Below, piece by piece: positions 1-8,903 of a DNA stretch of 64,000 nt. The DNA is from an uncultured Eubacteriales bacterium (GTDB lineage: Bacteria > Bacillota > Clostridia > Oscillospirales > CAG-272), in contig CATYXQ010000003.1 in assembly GCA_958414825.1 (NCBI GenBank), forward strand, positions 3,689 to 67,688. The letters run 5' to 3'. How positions within the stretch are numbered: the stretch's first letter is position 1; each line of letters starts with the position of its first letter. Made by a program: the position numbers and the translations under genes. Under the pieces are notes generated by a model that was not told the DNA's origin, did no database searches, and saw only the letters and a list, made by a program, of their open reading frames with translations.

Positions 1-110
1 TGCAGGAATCATACGTCCCGTTTCGCCGCAAAATCGCGCATTTGTTTCTAATATGCGTAAAAAACGGAAAAAAATACAGGACATTCACCTCAAAATCAGG
101 CAAATTTCTT

Positions 111-139
111 TTGACTTGCCGCCGTCGGTATGCTAAAAT
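111..139 (+). promoter_or_regulatory. sigmaA-type promoter upstream of SLH surface protein gene
   Basis: TTGACT (111-116), 17-nt spacer ending in TGc (extended -10), TAAAAT (134-139). Confidence 0.5.
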
Positions 140-209
140 AGAGGTATGAATATTTTCCTGCACCGCATTTGCGGCGCAGTTCGTTTATGCCGCTGACGCT
201 GCAAAGGGG

Positions 210-3200
210 ATGCAAGCGCGCGGCATCAGAGGATGTGAATTGAAAAAAGCACTTCAAAAAATCGCGGCGGCGGCGCTTTCGCTTTCGCTGACGCTCGGCG
301 GCGCGCTGCCGATATTCGCAGCCGAAGAAAGTTCGGCAGAAGAAACGGACGTCTTCAGCGAAACCCGCTCCGAGACCGAGGAAGAACCGGAACTCTACGG
401 CTATACTTTTTCGGGGCTCGGAAAACTCACCGCAGCCGACGTGCAGCGGCTGGGCAGCGGCGTTCAGCTTTACAAATACAAGGCGACGCTCGATCAAACC
501 CTGCTTCAGACGGCTTTTGTGCTCATGGTGGATCCGGCGGCGGGCGGACGGCTCGCGACGGCGAACCTCGGCGACGGCGTTTACGGACTGGGTCGTCCGG
601 GAACGCTTGCCGACCGGGATTTCGGCGAGAACCTCGGCCTGCTTGCCGCGGTAAACGGCGACTTTTACAGCATGGCCACCGGCGTTCCCATGGGCGTCTA
701 CATAGAAAACGGACGCTTTGTTTCCTCCTCCGACGGAAACAAAGCGTTTGGGATCAACACGGACGGTTCGGCCTTTTTCGGCACGGTCGGCGACGAAGTC
801 TACATTCTTGAAAACGGCGAGGAACTGCCGGTAAGCTATGTCAACAAATATCCGTCGGTATACGGCGTGTATCTTTTGACCCGGGACTACGGGGAAACGA
901 CCAAAATCCCCGAAAGCCTCAAAACGACCGAATATATTCTTGAGCTTGACGACGACCTGCGGCTCTCCGATGAGATCCGCGCCGTCGTGACCGAAGTGCG
1001 CGAGGACGCCGCGGACGGCGAAATTCCCGAGGGCGGCGCGGTGCTGGTGGTACCCAAAGAATATGAAACCCAGAAACTCTACCGCATTCTGGACGAGGGC
1101 AGCCGCATCACCATCGGCGTGGACAGCAACGGCGATTTCGATCAGGTGGAATATGCGCTCGGCGGCGGAGACATTATCCTTGAAGACGGCGAAATCGTAG
1201 AGAACACAGCCGACCTTGACCACGAAAAAACCCGGCAGCCGCGCACGGCGGTCGGCCTGCGTGAGGACGGCGAAATCGTGGTCGCGGTCGTCGATGGGCG
1301 GCAGCTTTCCCACAGCAGCGGCCTGACGCTCTACAAGCTGGCCGAATTCATGCGCGACCTCGGCTGCGTGACGGCGCTGAACATGGACGGCGGCGGTTCC
1401 ACCTGCATGGTTTTGTTCGGCGGCGGACAGGCTACAACCCTAAACCGCCCCTCGGACGGCGTCGTGCGCCGCGTATCCAACGCGATTGCCGTCCTTGAGA
1501 CGGACGAAGCGGACAACCCTTACTATATAGAATGCGATCCCGTGGACGGCTACATTTTAACCGGCCAGGAGTATATATTTGAACCGCGTCTCATGGACGG
1601 CAGCTTTTCCTTTGAACAGGAGCGCGCGGATGAGGACGCGGACACGGAGGACGAAGAAACAGACACGGACGAAAGCGGAAGCGGAGACAAAGACGAGAGC
1701 CGTGAAACCGAAGCGCAGCCGGACGCGGAAAAGCCCCGTCGGGGAACCGCCGTGGATTTTCTCTTTGACGAGGACAACACCGAGCTTTTCATCGACGAGG
1801 AATTTGGCAGCGCATATATTGAGGACGGCAAAATCCATCTCACACCGTCGGTCAGCGCCGGGCTCGGACGGCTCCGCATCGAAAGTGAGACCGAGTACGG
1901 CGACCTGTCGCTCGATTTGTTTGTGCGCGTAACCGATAAGGTAGACGCGCTGATTCCGGATCAGAGCCTGCTCTTGCCGAGCGAGTACGAACAGACCGAG
2001 TTCCGTGTACGCGCGCTCTTTAAGGGAGAGCCGGTCTGGTTTGGAAACGCGCTTGAATCCAAAGCGGAAAGCGACAGCTTTTCCATCTCGGCCGACGGCG
2101 ATACGCTCACCGTGCGCGCAAAATCGGGCAGCGGCAATGTCGGCGCCGTCCTCCTGGATCAGACGGCGATGCTCCCAGCCTATTTCGATCCCCTGCTTTC
2201 CCTCCTGCTCACCGAATTTCTGAGCGGCAGCCTGAGTGCAGAGGGCTATGAGACTGTTTGGGACGACACGGCGGGCATCCTCGGCAAGGGCGCGTTCGTC
2301 CTGCGTATGCCCGAACCGGAAAGCCCCGACCCGGAAACATCCGAAACCGCAGAGCGTGAAGAACAGGCGACAAAGGCCGCCGGGGAAACCTCCGCGGCTA
2401 CAAGCCTAACTGAATTTCCGGAGGACGGCGAAAGCGGTACGGCCGAAACAACGCCCGCCGGCGCGCCCGCAGAAAGCATATCCGCCGAAGCGACGGATGA
2501 GGGCGGCGAATCCGGTTCAAAGGAATCGGGAGAGACCGAGGAACCAATCGAAGAACCCGAACCAGAACCGTTTACGGTTGACGTCGCGCCCGGCGCGCTG
2601 CGAGCCAGCGGCCTTTGGGGACGCAAACTCTGGGTATGGGTGGACGGACTCGCGCCGGACAGCGACCCATACGCCGTGGTCAGCGTGACCGAGGAGGACG
2701 GAACGAAAACCGAATACTCGATTCCCTACGAAATCTACTATGATTTCCGCGCCTACAACGGCCGCGCGCTGCTCGTTTTGACCATCAATCCCGAACAGCG
2801 GGGCGTCGTAGAACTTGAAAGCATCCTCCGCTACACATCAAACGAAGCGCCGAAACGCCTGACGCTCGAAAACATCCTGCTCGCCGGCGCTTACGAAACC
2901 AACCGCTTCACCGACCTTGACGGTCACTGGGCAAGCGACTATGTCAACACGCTCTGCTACATGGGCGTGGTCAGCGGCAGCGAAAACCTCAAGGGCGAGT
3001 TGGTCTACATCCCGGACGACGGACTGAGCCGCGAACAGTTTGCCAAAATTCTTGTCGGCTATCTTGGTATAGACATAGAAAAATATGCGCAGACGCCGCT
3101 TGAATTTGAGGATACCGGGGAAATCGCCGAGTGGGCGCTGCCCTTTGTGCGCGCCGCGGTCGGCGAGGGTCTCATGCGCGGCAAAACCACCGTATACGAC

Positions 3201-3476
3201 ACGCTGATCTTCGCGCCGAAAGACAGCATCACACGTCAGGAAGCCATCTTTGTGCTCGGCGCGCTGCTGCCTGAGACTGAAGATGACGAAACGGACGCCG
3301 AGTTCACCGACAGCGACAAGATCGCGCCCTGGGCAGACGAGAATCTGCGCCGCGCCTACGCGCAGGGACTGATCTCGGGCTATGACGACGGCAGTGTGCG
3401 TCCCGAGGGAAAAATTACCCGCGCCGAAGCGGCGACGCTGGTTGTAAAACTGGAAGCAATTCTGCAAAACAGTTGA
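210..3476 (+). CDS. S-layer-anchored surface protein with phosphodiester glycosidase (DUF2233/NAGPA-like) domain
   Basis: 1088-aa ORF. Signal-peptide-like N-terminus (KKALQKIAAAALSLSLTLGGALPIFAAEE); TTG at 240 with a GAGG RBS is a plausible true start. ALNMDGGGST motif typical of the DUF2233 family. Two acidic D/E/T/P-rich linkers. Three C-terminal SLH repeats (FTDLDGHWASDYV, FEDTGEIAEWALPFV, FTDSDKIAPWADENL). Confidence 0.65.
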   Translation: MQARGIRGCELKKALQKIAAAALSLSLTLGGALPIFAAEESSAEETDVFSETRSETEEEPELYGYTFSGLGKLTAADVQRLGSGVQLYKYKATLDQTLLQTAFVLMVDPAAGGRLATANLGDGVYGLGRPGTLADRDFGENLGLLAAVNGDFYSMATGVPMGVYIENGRFVSSSDGNKAFGINTDGSAFFGTVGDEVYILENGEELPVSYVNKYPSVYGVYLLTRDYGETTKIPESLKTTEYILELDDDLRLSDEIRAVVTEVREDAADGEIPEGGAVLVVPKEYETQKLYRILDEGSRITIGVDSNGDFDQVEYALGGGDIILEDGEIVENTADLDHEKTRQPRTAVGLREDGEIVVAVVDGRQLSHSSGLTLYKLAEFMRDLGCVTALNMDGGGSTCMVLFGGGQATTLNRPSDGVVRRVSNAIAVLETDEADNPYYIECDPVDGYILTGQEYIFEPRLMDGSFSFEQERADEDADTEDEETDTDESGSGDKDESRETEAQPDAEKPRRGTAVDFLFDEDNTELFIDEEFGSAYIEDGKIHLTPSVSAGLGRLRIESETEYGDLSLDLFVRVTDKVDALIPDQSLLLPSEYEQTEFRVRALFKGEPVWFGNALESKAESDSFSISADGDTLTVRAKSGSGNVGAVLLDQTAMLPAYFDPLLSLLLTEFLSGSLSAEGYETVWDDTAGILGKGAFVLRMPEPESPDPETSETAEREEQATKAAGETSAATSLTEFPEDGESGTAETTPAGAPAESISAEATDEGGESGSKESGETEEPIEEPEPEPFTVDVAPGALRASGLWGRKLWVWVDGLAPDSDPYAVVSVTEEDGTKTEYSIPYEIYYDFRAYNGRALLVLTINPEQRGVVELESILRYTSNEAPKRLTLENILLAGAYETNRFTDLDGHWASDYVNTLCYMGVVSGSENLKGELVYIPDDGLSREQFAKILVGYLGIDIEKYAQTPLEFEDTGEIAEWALPFVRAAVGEGLMRGKTTVYDTLIFAPKDSITRQEAIFVLGALLPETEDDETDAEFTDSDKIAPWADENLRRAYAQGLISGYDDGSVRPEGKITRAEAATLVVKLEAILQNS

Positions 3477-3544
3477 AAAACAGCTTGTAAATCAGCAAAG
3501 ATTATGGTAAAATTGTCCTATTCCATTCACGGGAGGTTGACCCC

Positions 3545-4495
3545 ATGCAGGACAAGTACACGATTTCTCTGGAAAAAATCATCGAGGAGTTCTCGCTGGA
3601 ACCGATTTATCTTCCCTCAGCGCCAGCGGAAATCCCAATCTCCAGCCCGGAACTGAACCGGCCGGCCTTTCCGCTTTTCGGATTTTTTGAGCTTTTTGAC
3701 CGGGAGCGCATTCAGGTTCTCGGCAAGGTCGAAATGCGATACCTTGAAGAACGCACGCCCGAAGAACGCCGTATAGCCGTGGATCGGTTTATGGCCATGC
3801 ATCCTGTGGCCGTAGTCGTGACTTCCATGCTCGATATTCCGCTCAACATGACCGAGTGCGCGCAGAAATACGACGTTCCTCTGCTCCGCACCGCCGACCG
3901 GACAAGCGAATTTATGGCGGCTATGATCTCCCAGCTCAACGTTCTGCTCGCGCCGCGGATCACCCGGCACGGCGTTCTGGTGGAAGTGTACGGCGAGGGC
4001 ATTCTGATTCTCGGCGACAGCGGCGTCGGCAAAAGCGAGACCGCCATTGAACTGGTCAAGCGCGGACACCGTCTGATTGCGGACGACGCGGTCGAAATCA
4101 AGCGCGTCTCGGCAAAATCCCTGGTCGGCTCCGCGCCCGAAGTCATCCGGCACTATGTGGAGCTTCGCGGCATCGGCATCGTAGACGTGCGCCGGTTGTT
4201 CGGCATGGGCGCCGTCAAGCTGACCGAGAAAATCGACCTCGTTGTGACGCTGGAACCCTGGGTGCAGGGAAAAATGTACGACCGGCTGGGCATGGAGTCC
4301 CAGTCCATGGAAATTCTGGGCATCCATATCCCCTCGCTGACCATTCCGGTTCGTCCCGGCCGAAATCTGGCCGTTGTGCTGGAGATCGCGGCGATGAACA
4401 ACCGTCAGAAAAAGATGGGATACAACACAGCCGAAGAATTCAACAAGCGGCTCATGGGTCAGTTCGGCATGGACGAGACCGACCGGAACCGGTAA
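3545..4495 (+). CDS. hprK: HPr kinase/phosphorylase
   Basis: 316 aa. Walker A GDSGVGKSE followed by ELVKRGHRLIADD, the characteristic HprK core. Length typical. Confidence 0.9.
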   Translation: MQDKYTISLEKIIEEFSLEPIYLPSAPAEIPISSPELNRPAFPLFGFFELFDRERIQVLGKVEMRYLEERTPEERRIAVDRFMAMHPVAVVVTSMLDIPLNMTECAQKYDVPLLRTADRTSEFMAAMISQLNVLLAPRITRHGVLVEVYGEGILILGDSGVGKSETAIELVKRGHRLIADDAVEIKRVSAKSLVGSAPEVIRHYVELRGIGIVDVRRLFGMGAVKLTEKIDLVVTLEPWVQGKMYDRLGMESQSMEILGIHIPSLTIPVRPGRNLAVVLEIAAMNNRQKKMGYNTAEEFNKRLMGQFGMDETDRNR

Positions 4496-4589
4496 GACGG
4501 CTGCGGACAGGCTTCTCCGTATGCCTGCAAAGCACGGAGCGACAAAAAGCCGCAATTTTCCCGACGGCGTAAGCGAACCGAAAAAACGG

Positions 4590-4708
4590 ATTCAATAAGA
4601 GGCTTTGCCCCGTCATTCAACGTTTTCAGCGGGAGATTGTACGCCCGCTGAAAAAATGAAGCGGAACCCGCCGCCCTTAGAGGCGGGGGATATCTCAATT
4701 TCGTTATA
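4590..4708 (-). repeat. Copy A of ~117-nt three-hairpin repeat family (unclassified)
   Basis: Roughly 90% identical by eye to 22445-22560 (+) and 30818-30934 (-). Begins TATAACGAAAT and ends TTATTGAAT in element orientation. Lies just after the terminator of the minus-strand gene 4788-5804. Confidence 0.8.
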
Positions 4709-4713
4709 AAATG

Positions 4714-4749
4714 AAAAAGGGACTGCCCTTACTGCGGGCAGTCCCTTTT
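4714..4749 (-). terminator. Intrinsic (bidirectional) terminator after epimerase-family gene
   Basis: 10-bp GC-rich stem GGGACTGCCC/GGGCAGTCCC (4719-4728/4736-4745) flanked by an A5 and a T4 run. Confidence 0.7.
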
Positions 4750-4787
4750 GATTTTGAACATCGAAAAATTCAATCCGGCCGCGCTTC

Positions 4788-5804
4788 TTACAGGCCGTGC
4801 GCCTCGATATACGCATCCATGCGCGCGCAGAGCGCGGCGTCGTTTTTCCATACCGTATCGCGGGGAAGCGCGGCAAGCTCCCGCTTCAGTCCGTCATAAA
4901 CCGCGGTCATCTCACACTGCTGCATCCCGGCCGCCGCAAGCACCTTGCGGTTATCCATAATGCGGTCAAACATGCGGTCGTATTCCAACTGCCACCGCGC
5001 GCCGCGCATCGGTTCTTTCGGGTCGATCAGCGTCAGATAATCCGCTTCGGGAATCGGTACAAATTCAAGGCCGATCAGTTCCCTGTAATAGCCCGCTATC
5101 GTCTCCCATGTATTGTGCTCGGCGGTGCAGAGGCTGTAATGCTCGCAAAGCGCTTTTTCATTGAACAAAAGGCGCGAAAGCAGTTTGGCCACATCGCCCG
5201 CCCAGGTCATGGTGGCCTGCGCGCCGAGCGCCTCGCGCGGAAGCAGCACCTTTTTTCCCTCAAAAGCGCGGCGCACGATCACGCTCGCTTCCAGCGTCAC
5301 AAGCTGATAGCGGAACTTGGAAAACGTGATGGCCGGACGGACAACCGTCCAGTTGCGAAACGCCGAACGCTCAAGCACGTCCTCCTGACGCGCTTTGGCC
5401 AGCGCGTACGTATCGGTTGAAAGCATATCCTCGTCTTTTGAAACGTCCAGCAGCTGCGGCGAGGTTTCGGTAATGGGATGCGCCTCGTCCGCGTACACGC
5501 GGTAGGAGGAAAGATAGATATAGTGTCCCGTATTTTCCAGCAGCATCCGGCAGCGCGTTTCAAACAGTTCGGTGCTGTAAATCATAAAGTCCACAATTCC
5601 GTCGTAGCCGCGCTCGAGAATCGGACGGATAAACGCTTCGTTTTTCGCGTTGCCCACGGTGTAGGTCAGATTCGGATGCCCGGACTTTACGTCGTCCAGC
5701 GAAACCACATCCACCCTGTAGCCTTTTGCCAGCAACTCCGGCACAAGATACACGCCCATTGCGCCCGTACCGCCGAGCACGAGCACGCTTTTCTGTTTTT
5801 CCAT
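4788..5804 (-). CDS. NAD(P)-dependent epimerase/dehydratase (SDR/NmrA-like) family protein
   Basis: 338 aa. N-terminal Rossmann motif VLVLGGTGAMGVYLVPELLAKG. No more specific assignment possible. Confidence 0.65.
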   Translation of the reverse strand: MEKQKSVLVLGGTGAMGVYLVPELLAKGYRVDVVSLDDVKSGHPNLTYTVGNAKNEAFIRPILERGYDGIVDFMIYSTELFETRCRMLLENTGHYIYLSSYRVYADEAHPITETSPQLLDVSKDEDMLSTDTYALAKARQEDVLERSAFRNWTVVRPAITFSKFRYQLVTLEASVIVRRAFEGKKVLLPREALGAQATMTWAGDVAKLLSRLLFNEKALCEHYSLCTAEHNTWETIAGYYRELIGLEFVPIPEADYLTLIDPKEPMRGARWQLEYDRMFDRIMDNRKVLAAAGMQQCEMTAVYDGLKRELAALPRDTVWKNDAALCARMDAYIEAHGL

Positions 5805-5926
5805 AGTAAACCCTCCCTCTGAATACCTGTGTTCATGCTTATTCTAACGGCTTGACAATCGGACGGCAATATTCTATACTGTAAAAAAACAGATACGATT
5901 CTGCAAATAAACGGGGACTTTTTTAA

Positions 5927-6685
5927 ATGAATGATCTATCTTTCTGCAAATCCTTTGCGTTTTGCAGCTTTCAGTTTACCCGCAACCGCCACACCGACAA
6001 ATCATGCGGCACAATCTGTCATCATATCGGCCGGCTTACGGCCGGGCGCGCCGAATTTGTCACGGACAGCGAAAAAATCTGCTTTGAAGCCGGCGACGTG
6101 TTCTTTATCCCCTGCGGATGCCGCTATCATTCCTATTGGTACGGTGAGGACAAGATCGCCTTTGAATCCTATGCCTTCACCTATACGCCGGACGCGGGCG
6201 AAACGCGCTACACGCTGCAAAAACTGAATCTCACGCCGAAAGCGCGGCGCTGTATCGAAGAACTGTCGGCGGACAGGCGCGTCACGCCGGGAAGCGTCGG
6301 GCTGCTCTATCAGTTTCTCGGCGAGGTAACGCCGACTATGGCCGCCGCCGGAAAGGATGCAAAAAGCGCGCTCGTCGAGCGCGCAAAGCGGTATATCCTC
6401 GCGCATCCGAATTTTACCGTGCCGCAGCTTGCAAGGCACTGTCATGTCAGCGAATCGGGACTGTACGCGGCGTTCCGCGAGGTTACGGGGCGCACGCCGG
6501 TCGGCGAAAAGCACCGCGTTCTCGCCGAGCGCGCGGCCTCTCTCCTGCAAACCACCGATCTCTCGGTGGAGGAGATCAGCGAACGGCTCGGATTCGGCAC
6601 GGCGGCGCATTTTCGCAAGGTTCTGCACGCCGTTTACGGCATGACGCCGCGCGAGTTGCGAAAAGGGCGGCAGAACGAACTGTAA
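5927..6685 (+). CDS. AraC family transcriptional regulator (cupin + HTH)
   Basis: 252 aa. C-terminal double HTH of AraC type (FTVPQLARHCHVSESGLYAAFREVTGRTP ... EISERLGFGTAAHFRKVLHAVYGMTPRELR). Divergent from 4788-5804. Confidence 0.8.
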   Translation: MNDLSFCKSFAFCSFQFTRNRHTDKSCGTICHHIGRLTAGRAEFVTDSEKICFEAGDVFFIPCGCRYHSYWYGEDKIAFESYAFTYTPDAGETRYTLQKLNLTPKARRCIEELSADRRVTPGSVGLLYQFLGEVTPTMAAAGKDAKSALVERAKRYILAHPNFTVPQLARHCHVSESGLYAAFREVTGRTPVGEKHRVLAERAASLLQTTDLSVEEISERLGFGTAAHFRKVLHAVYGMTPRELRKGRQNEL

Positions 6686-6735
6686 ATACATCCGGATAAA
6701 TTCGCCCGGTCGGCGTCTCTGATTTTTCGGGCGTT

Positions 6736-7482
6736 TTACAATTTTACATTTTCCGCTTCCGGGCGCGCACCCGAACATGACCTGTCCGAATCCCGCTCTG
6801 TTTGCCGCCGCTGCATCCTGTACCAGCTGATAAAGCCGTAAATATCGTTGACAAAAAACATGACAAAGCAGATCGTCACCGAAAGATAGGAGCGATCCGT
6901 CAACGACGCCAGGATCCACAAAAAAATCAGCACAAGATCATTTGCGGCGTAGGCGGCGGCATAATACGCGCTCCTGCGGAACGTGAGATAAACGGCGGCA
7001 AAGCTGGTTGTGACGGAGAGAGTGCTCGGAATCAGATTCGCGGTGTGAAACGCCTTGAGGATAAAATAGAAAACGCCCGTGACAACGGCGCTCAGCAGAG
7101 CCATAAAGACAATTTCTTTTCGCTTTAGGCGATTGACCCTGACCTGCGCCCGGTCGCCGTTATACGGATGACGCAGCCAGGAAACGAGGGAAAGCGCCGC
7201 CATCGGCGCGGTCATGCCGATGTAGGTAATCATTTCGCCGTAGTAGGCAAAGCGAAAGGAGATCACGCCGTAGACGACGCTGAAAACAATCATCAAAAGC
7301 TGGCCTGCGGGATTGCCCTTTGCGGTCAAAATCAGCGAAGTCGCGCCGATAAGCGAGGCGGCAAGCGTGAGATAATTCTCCCTGTCAAAAATGCAAAACG
7401 AGACCGCGATCAGCAGTACCGAGGCGCACCAAAGTATTTTTTCAGTTTTTGTAAAATAGTTTAAAATCTTTTTTTCTTTCAT
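6736..7482 (-). CDS. pnuC: Nicotinamide riboside transporter PnuC family
   Basis: 248 aa, about 7 TM segments. PnuC-like features (WLRHPY loop, C-terminal ANDLVLIFLWI ... VNDIYGFISW). Substrate not certain; the Pnu family also carries thiamine/riboflavin precursors. Confidence 0.65.
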   Translation of the reverse strand: MKEKKILNYFTKTEKILWCASVLLIAVSFCIFDRENYLTLAASLIGATSLILTAKGNPAGQLLMIVFSVVYGVISFRFAYYGEMITYIGMTAPMAALSLVSWLRHPYNGDRAQVRVNRLKRKEIVFMALLSAVVTGVFYFILKAFHTANLIPSTLSVTTSFAAVYLTFRRSAYYAAAYAANDLVLIFLWILASLTDRSYLSVTICFVMFFVNDIYGFISWYRMQRRQTERDSDRSCSGARPEAENVKL

Positions 7483-7493
7483 ACTAACTCCTC

Positions 7494-7667
7494 AAAAAAA
7501 GCATTCGCATACACATCTTCCAAGACCTAACGATGTGTAAAACGAATGCTTTCGCATTTCCTACCCGGTGGCAGATTTGCTGTTTCAACCCAAAACAGCG
7601 AAAATATTCAAACGTGCATCCCGGTATTTTCAAAATCGCCGGGGATTTTCCGTAAAACGCGGCGCGC
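7494..7667 (-). promoter_or_regulatory. Structured leader with terminator/antiterminator between thiI and pnuC (candidate attenuator/riboswitch-like)
   Basis: Minus strand. Possible promoter TTGAAA-N17-TGAATA (7633-7605). Hairpin GCTGTTT/AAACAGC (7599-7579). Small hairpin AATGC-GAAA-GCATT that competes with the 5' arm of a two-tier terminator (outer stem AAAGCATTCG/CGAATGCTTT, inner ACACATC/GATGTGT, 7552-7498). A T7 run ends about 11 nt before the pnuC ATG and abuts the GAGGAG RBS. Confidence 0.45.
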
Positions 7668-8894
7668 TCAGTCCCCGCGCTTTTCGCCGCCCTTGTCCTG
7701 TTTTTCAAGCCGCTCGATTTTGTCCGGCGTGATACGCACGGTGTATGCAAGGGAAAAGGCCTCGTCGCAGAGCGCGTCAAAATCAAGCTTTGCCGCCTCA
7801 GCCGCGACCTTTTCAGCCTCGGGACGGGTTTTCGGATGCCGGGGCGTGAACACCGTGCAACAGTCCTCATACGGCAGAACCGACGTATCATAGGTGCCGA
7901 TTCTGCGCGCGGTCTGCACGATTTCTTCCTTGTCCATACCGATGCAGGGACGCAGCACCGGCCGGTCGGCCATGGCGTCGGTCACGCAGATCGCCTCCAG
8001 CGTCTGGCTTGCGACCTGGCCGAGACTCTCACCCGTGACAAGCGCGCCGCAGGCGTGCGCCTGCGCCACGCGGGAAGCCAGCGCCATCATAAAACGCCGC
8101 AAAAGCAGCGTAAAGTATTCCTCGGCGCAGTTCTTTTTGATTTCCTCCTGAATGCGCGTCAGCGACAGCACATGCACATACATCCGGTCGGTATAGGCGG
8201 TGAGCAGCTGCGCCAGCGAAAAGACCTTGTCCCGCGCCCGCTCGCTCGTATACGGAAAGCTCTCAAAATGCACCGCGTCGATTTCCATGCCCCGGCGCGC
8301 CATACGGTATCCGGCGACCGGACTGTCAATGCCGCCTGAAAGCAGCAGAAGTCCGCGCCCGCTCGAACCGAGCGGCATACCACCCGCGCCGCGAAGCTGA
8401 TCGAAGTGCAGATACGCGCCCGCCTCGCGGATCTCAACCCGCACAATCCGGTCGGGATTCTTCACATCGACGCGAAGCGCCGGAATGCAGTCCAGCACAT
8501 ATCCGCCGACCGCCGCGCAGATTTCGGGCGAACCGAGCGGGAAGCGCTTATCCGAACGCTTGGCCTCGACCTTGAACGTGCGCACGCCGGCCATGCGGCG
8601 GGGGAGGTATTCGCGCACGCAGGCGCGCAGTTCCTCCATGCTTTTCCCGCAGACGGCGGCGACCGTCACGCCCGTAAAGCCGAAGAGCCTGGTCATGCTG
8701 TCCAGCATACCTGCAAGATCGCAGTCCCCGCTCTGCGGCTCGATATAGACCGTGCTCTGCATACTGCGCACTGAAAAGTCGCCGTAGCGCGCCGCCCGCG
8801 CGCGGACGCGGCGGAGCAGCATCGCCTCAAAGTGCGGCTTGTTTGCGCCTTTGAGCACCAGTTCCCCATATTTGCAAAGAATGATTTCTTTCAT
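7668..8894 (-). CDS. thiI: tRNA 4-thiouridine(8) synthase ThiI
   Basis: 408 aa. N-terminal ferredoxin-like/THUMP region and PP-loop motif LLLSGGIDSPVAGY. Confidence 0.9.
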   Translation of the reverse strand: MKEIILCKYGELVLKGANKPHFEAMLLRRVRARAARYGDFSVRSMQSTVYIEPQSGDCDLAGMLDSMTRLFGFTGVTVAAVCGKSMEELRACVREYLPRRMAGVRTFKVEAKRSDKRFPLGSPEICAAVGGYVLDCIPALRVDVKNPDRIVRVEIREAGAYLHFDQLRGAGGMPLGSSGRGLLLLSGGIDSPVAGYRMARRGMEIDAVHFESFPYTSERARDKVFSLAQLLTAYTDRMYVHVLSLTRIQEEIKKNCAEEYFTLLLRRFMMALASRVAQAHACGALVTGESLGQVASQTLEAICVTDAMADRPVLRPCIGMDKEEIVQTARRIGTYDTSVLPYEDCCTVFTPRHPKTRPEAEKVAAEAAKLDFDALCDEAFSLAYTVRITPDKIERLEKQDKGGEKRGD

Positions 8895-8903
8895 ATCAGC
8901 CTC

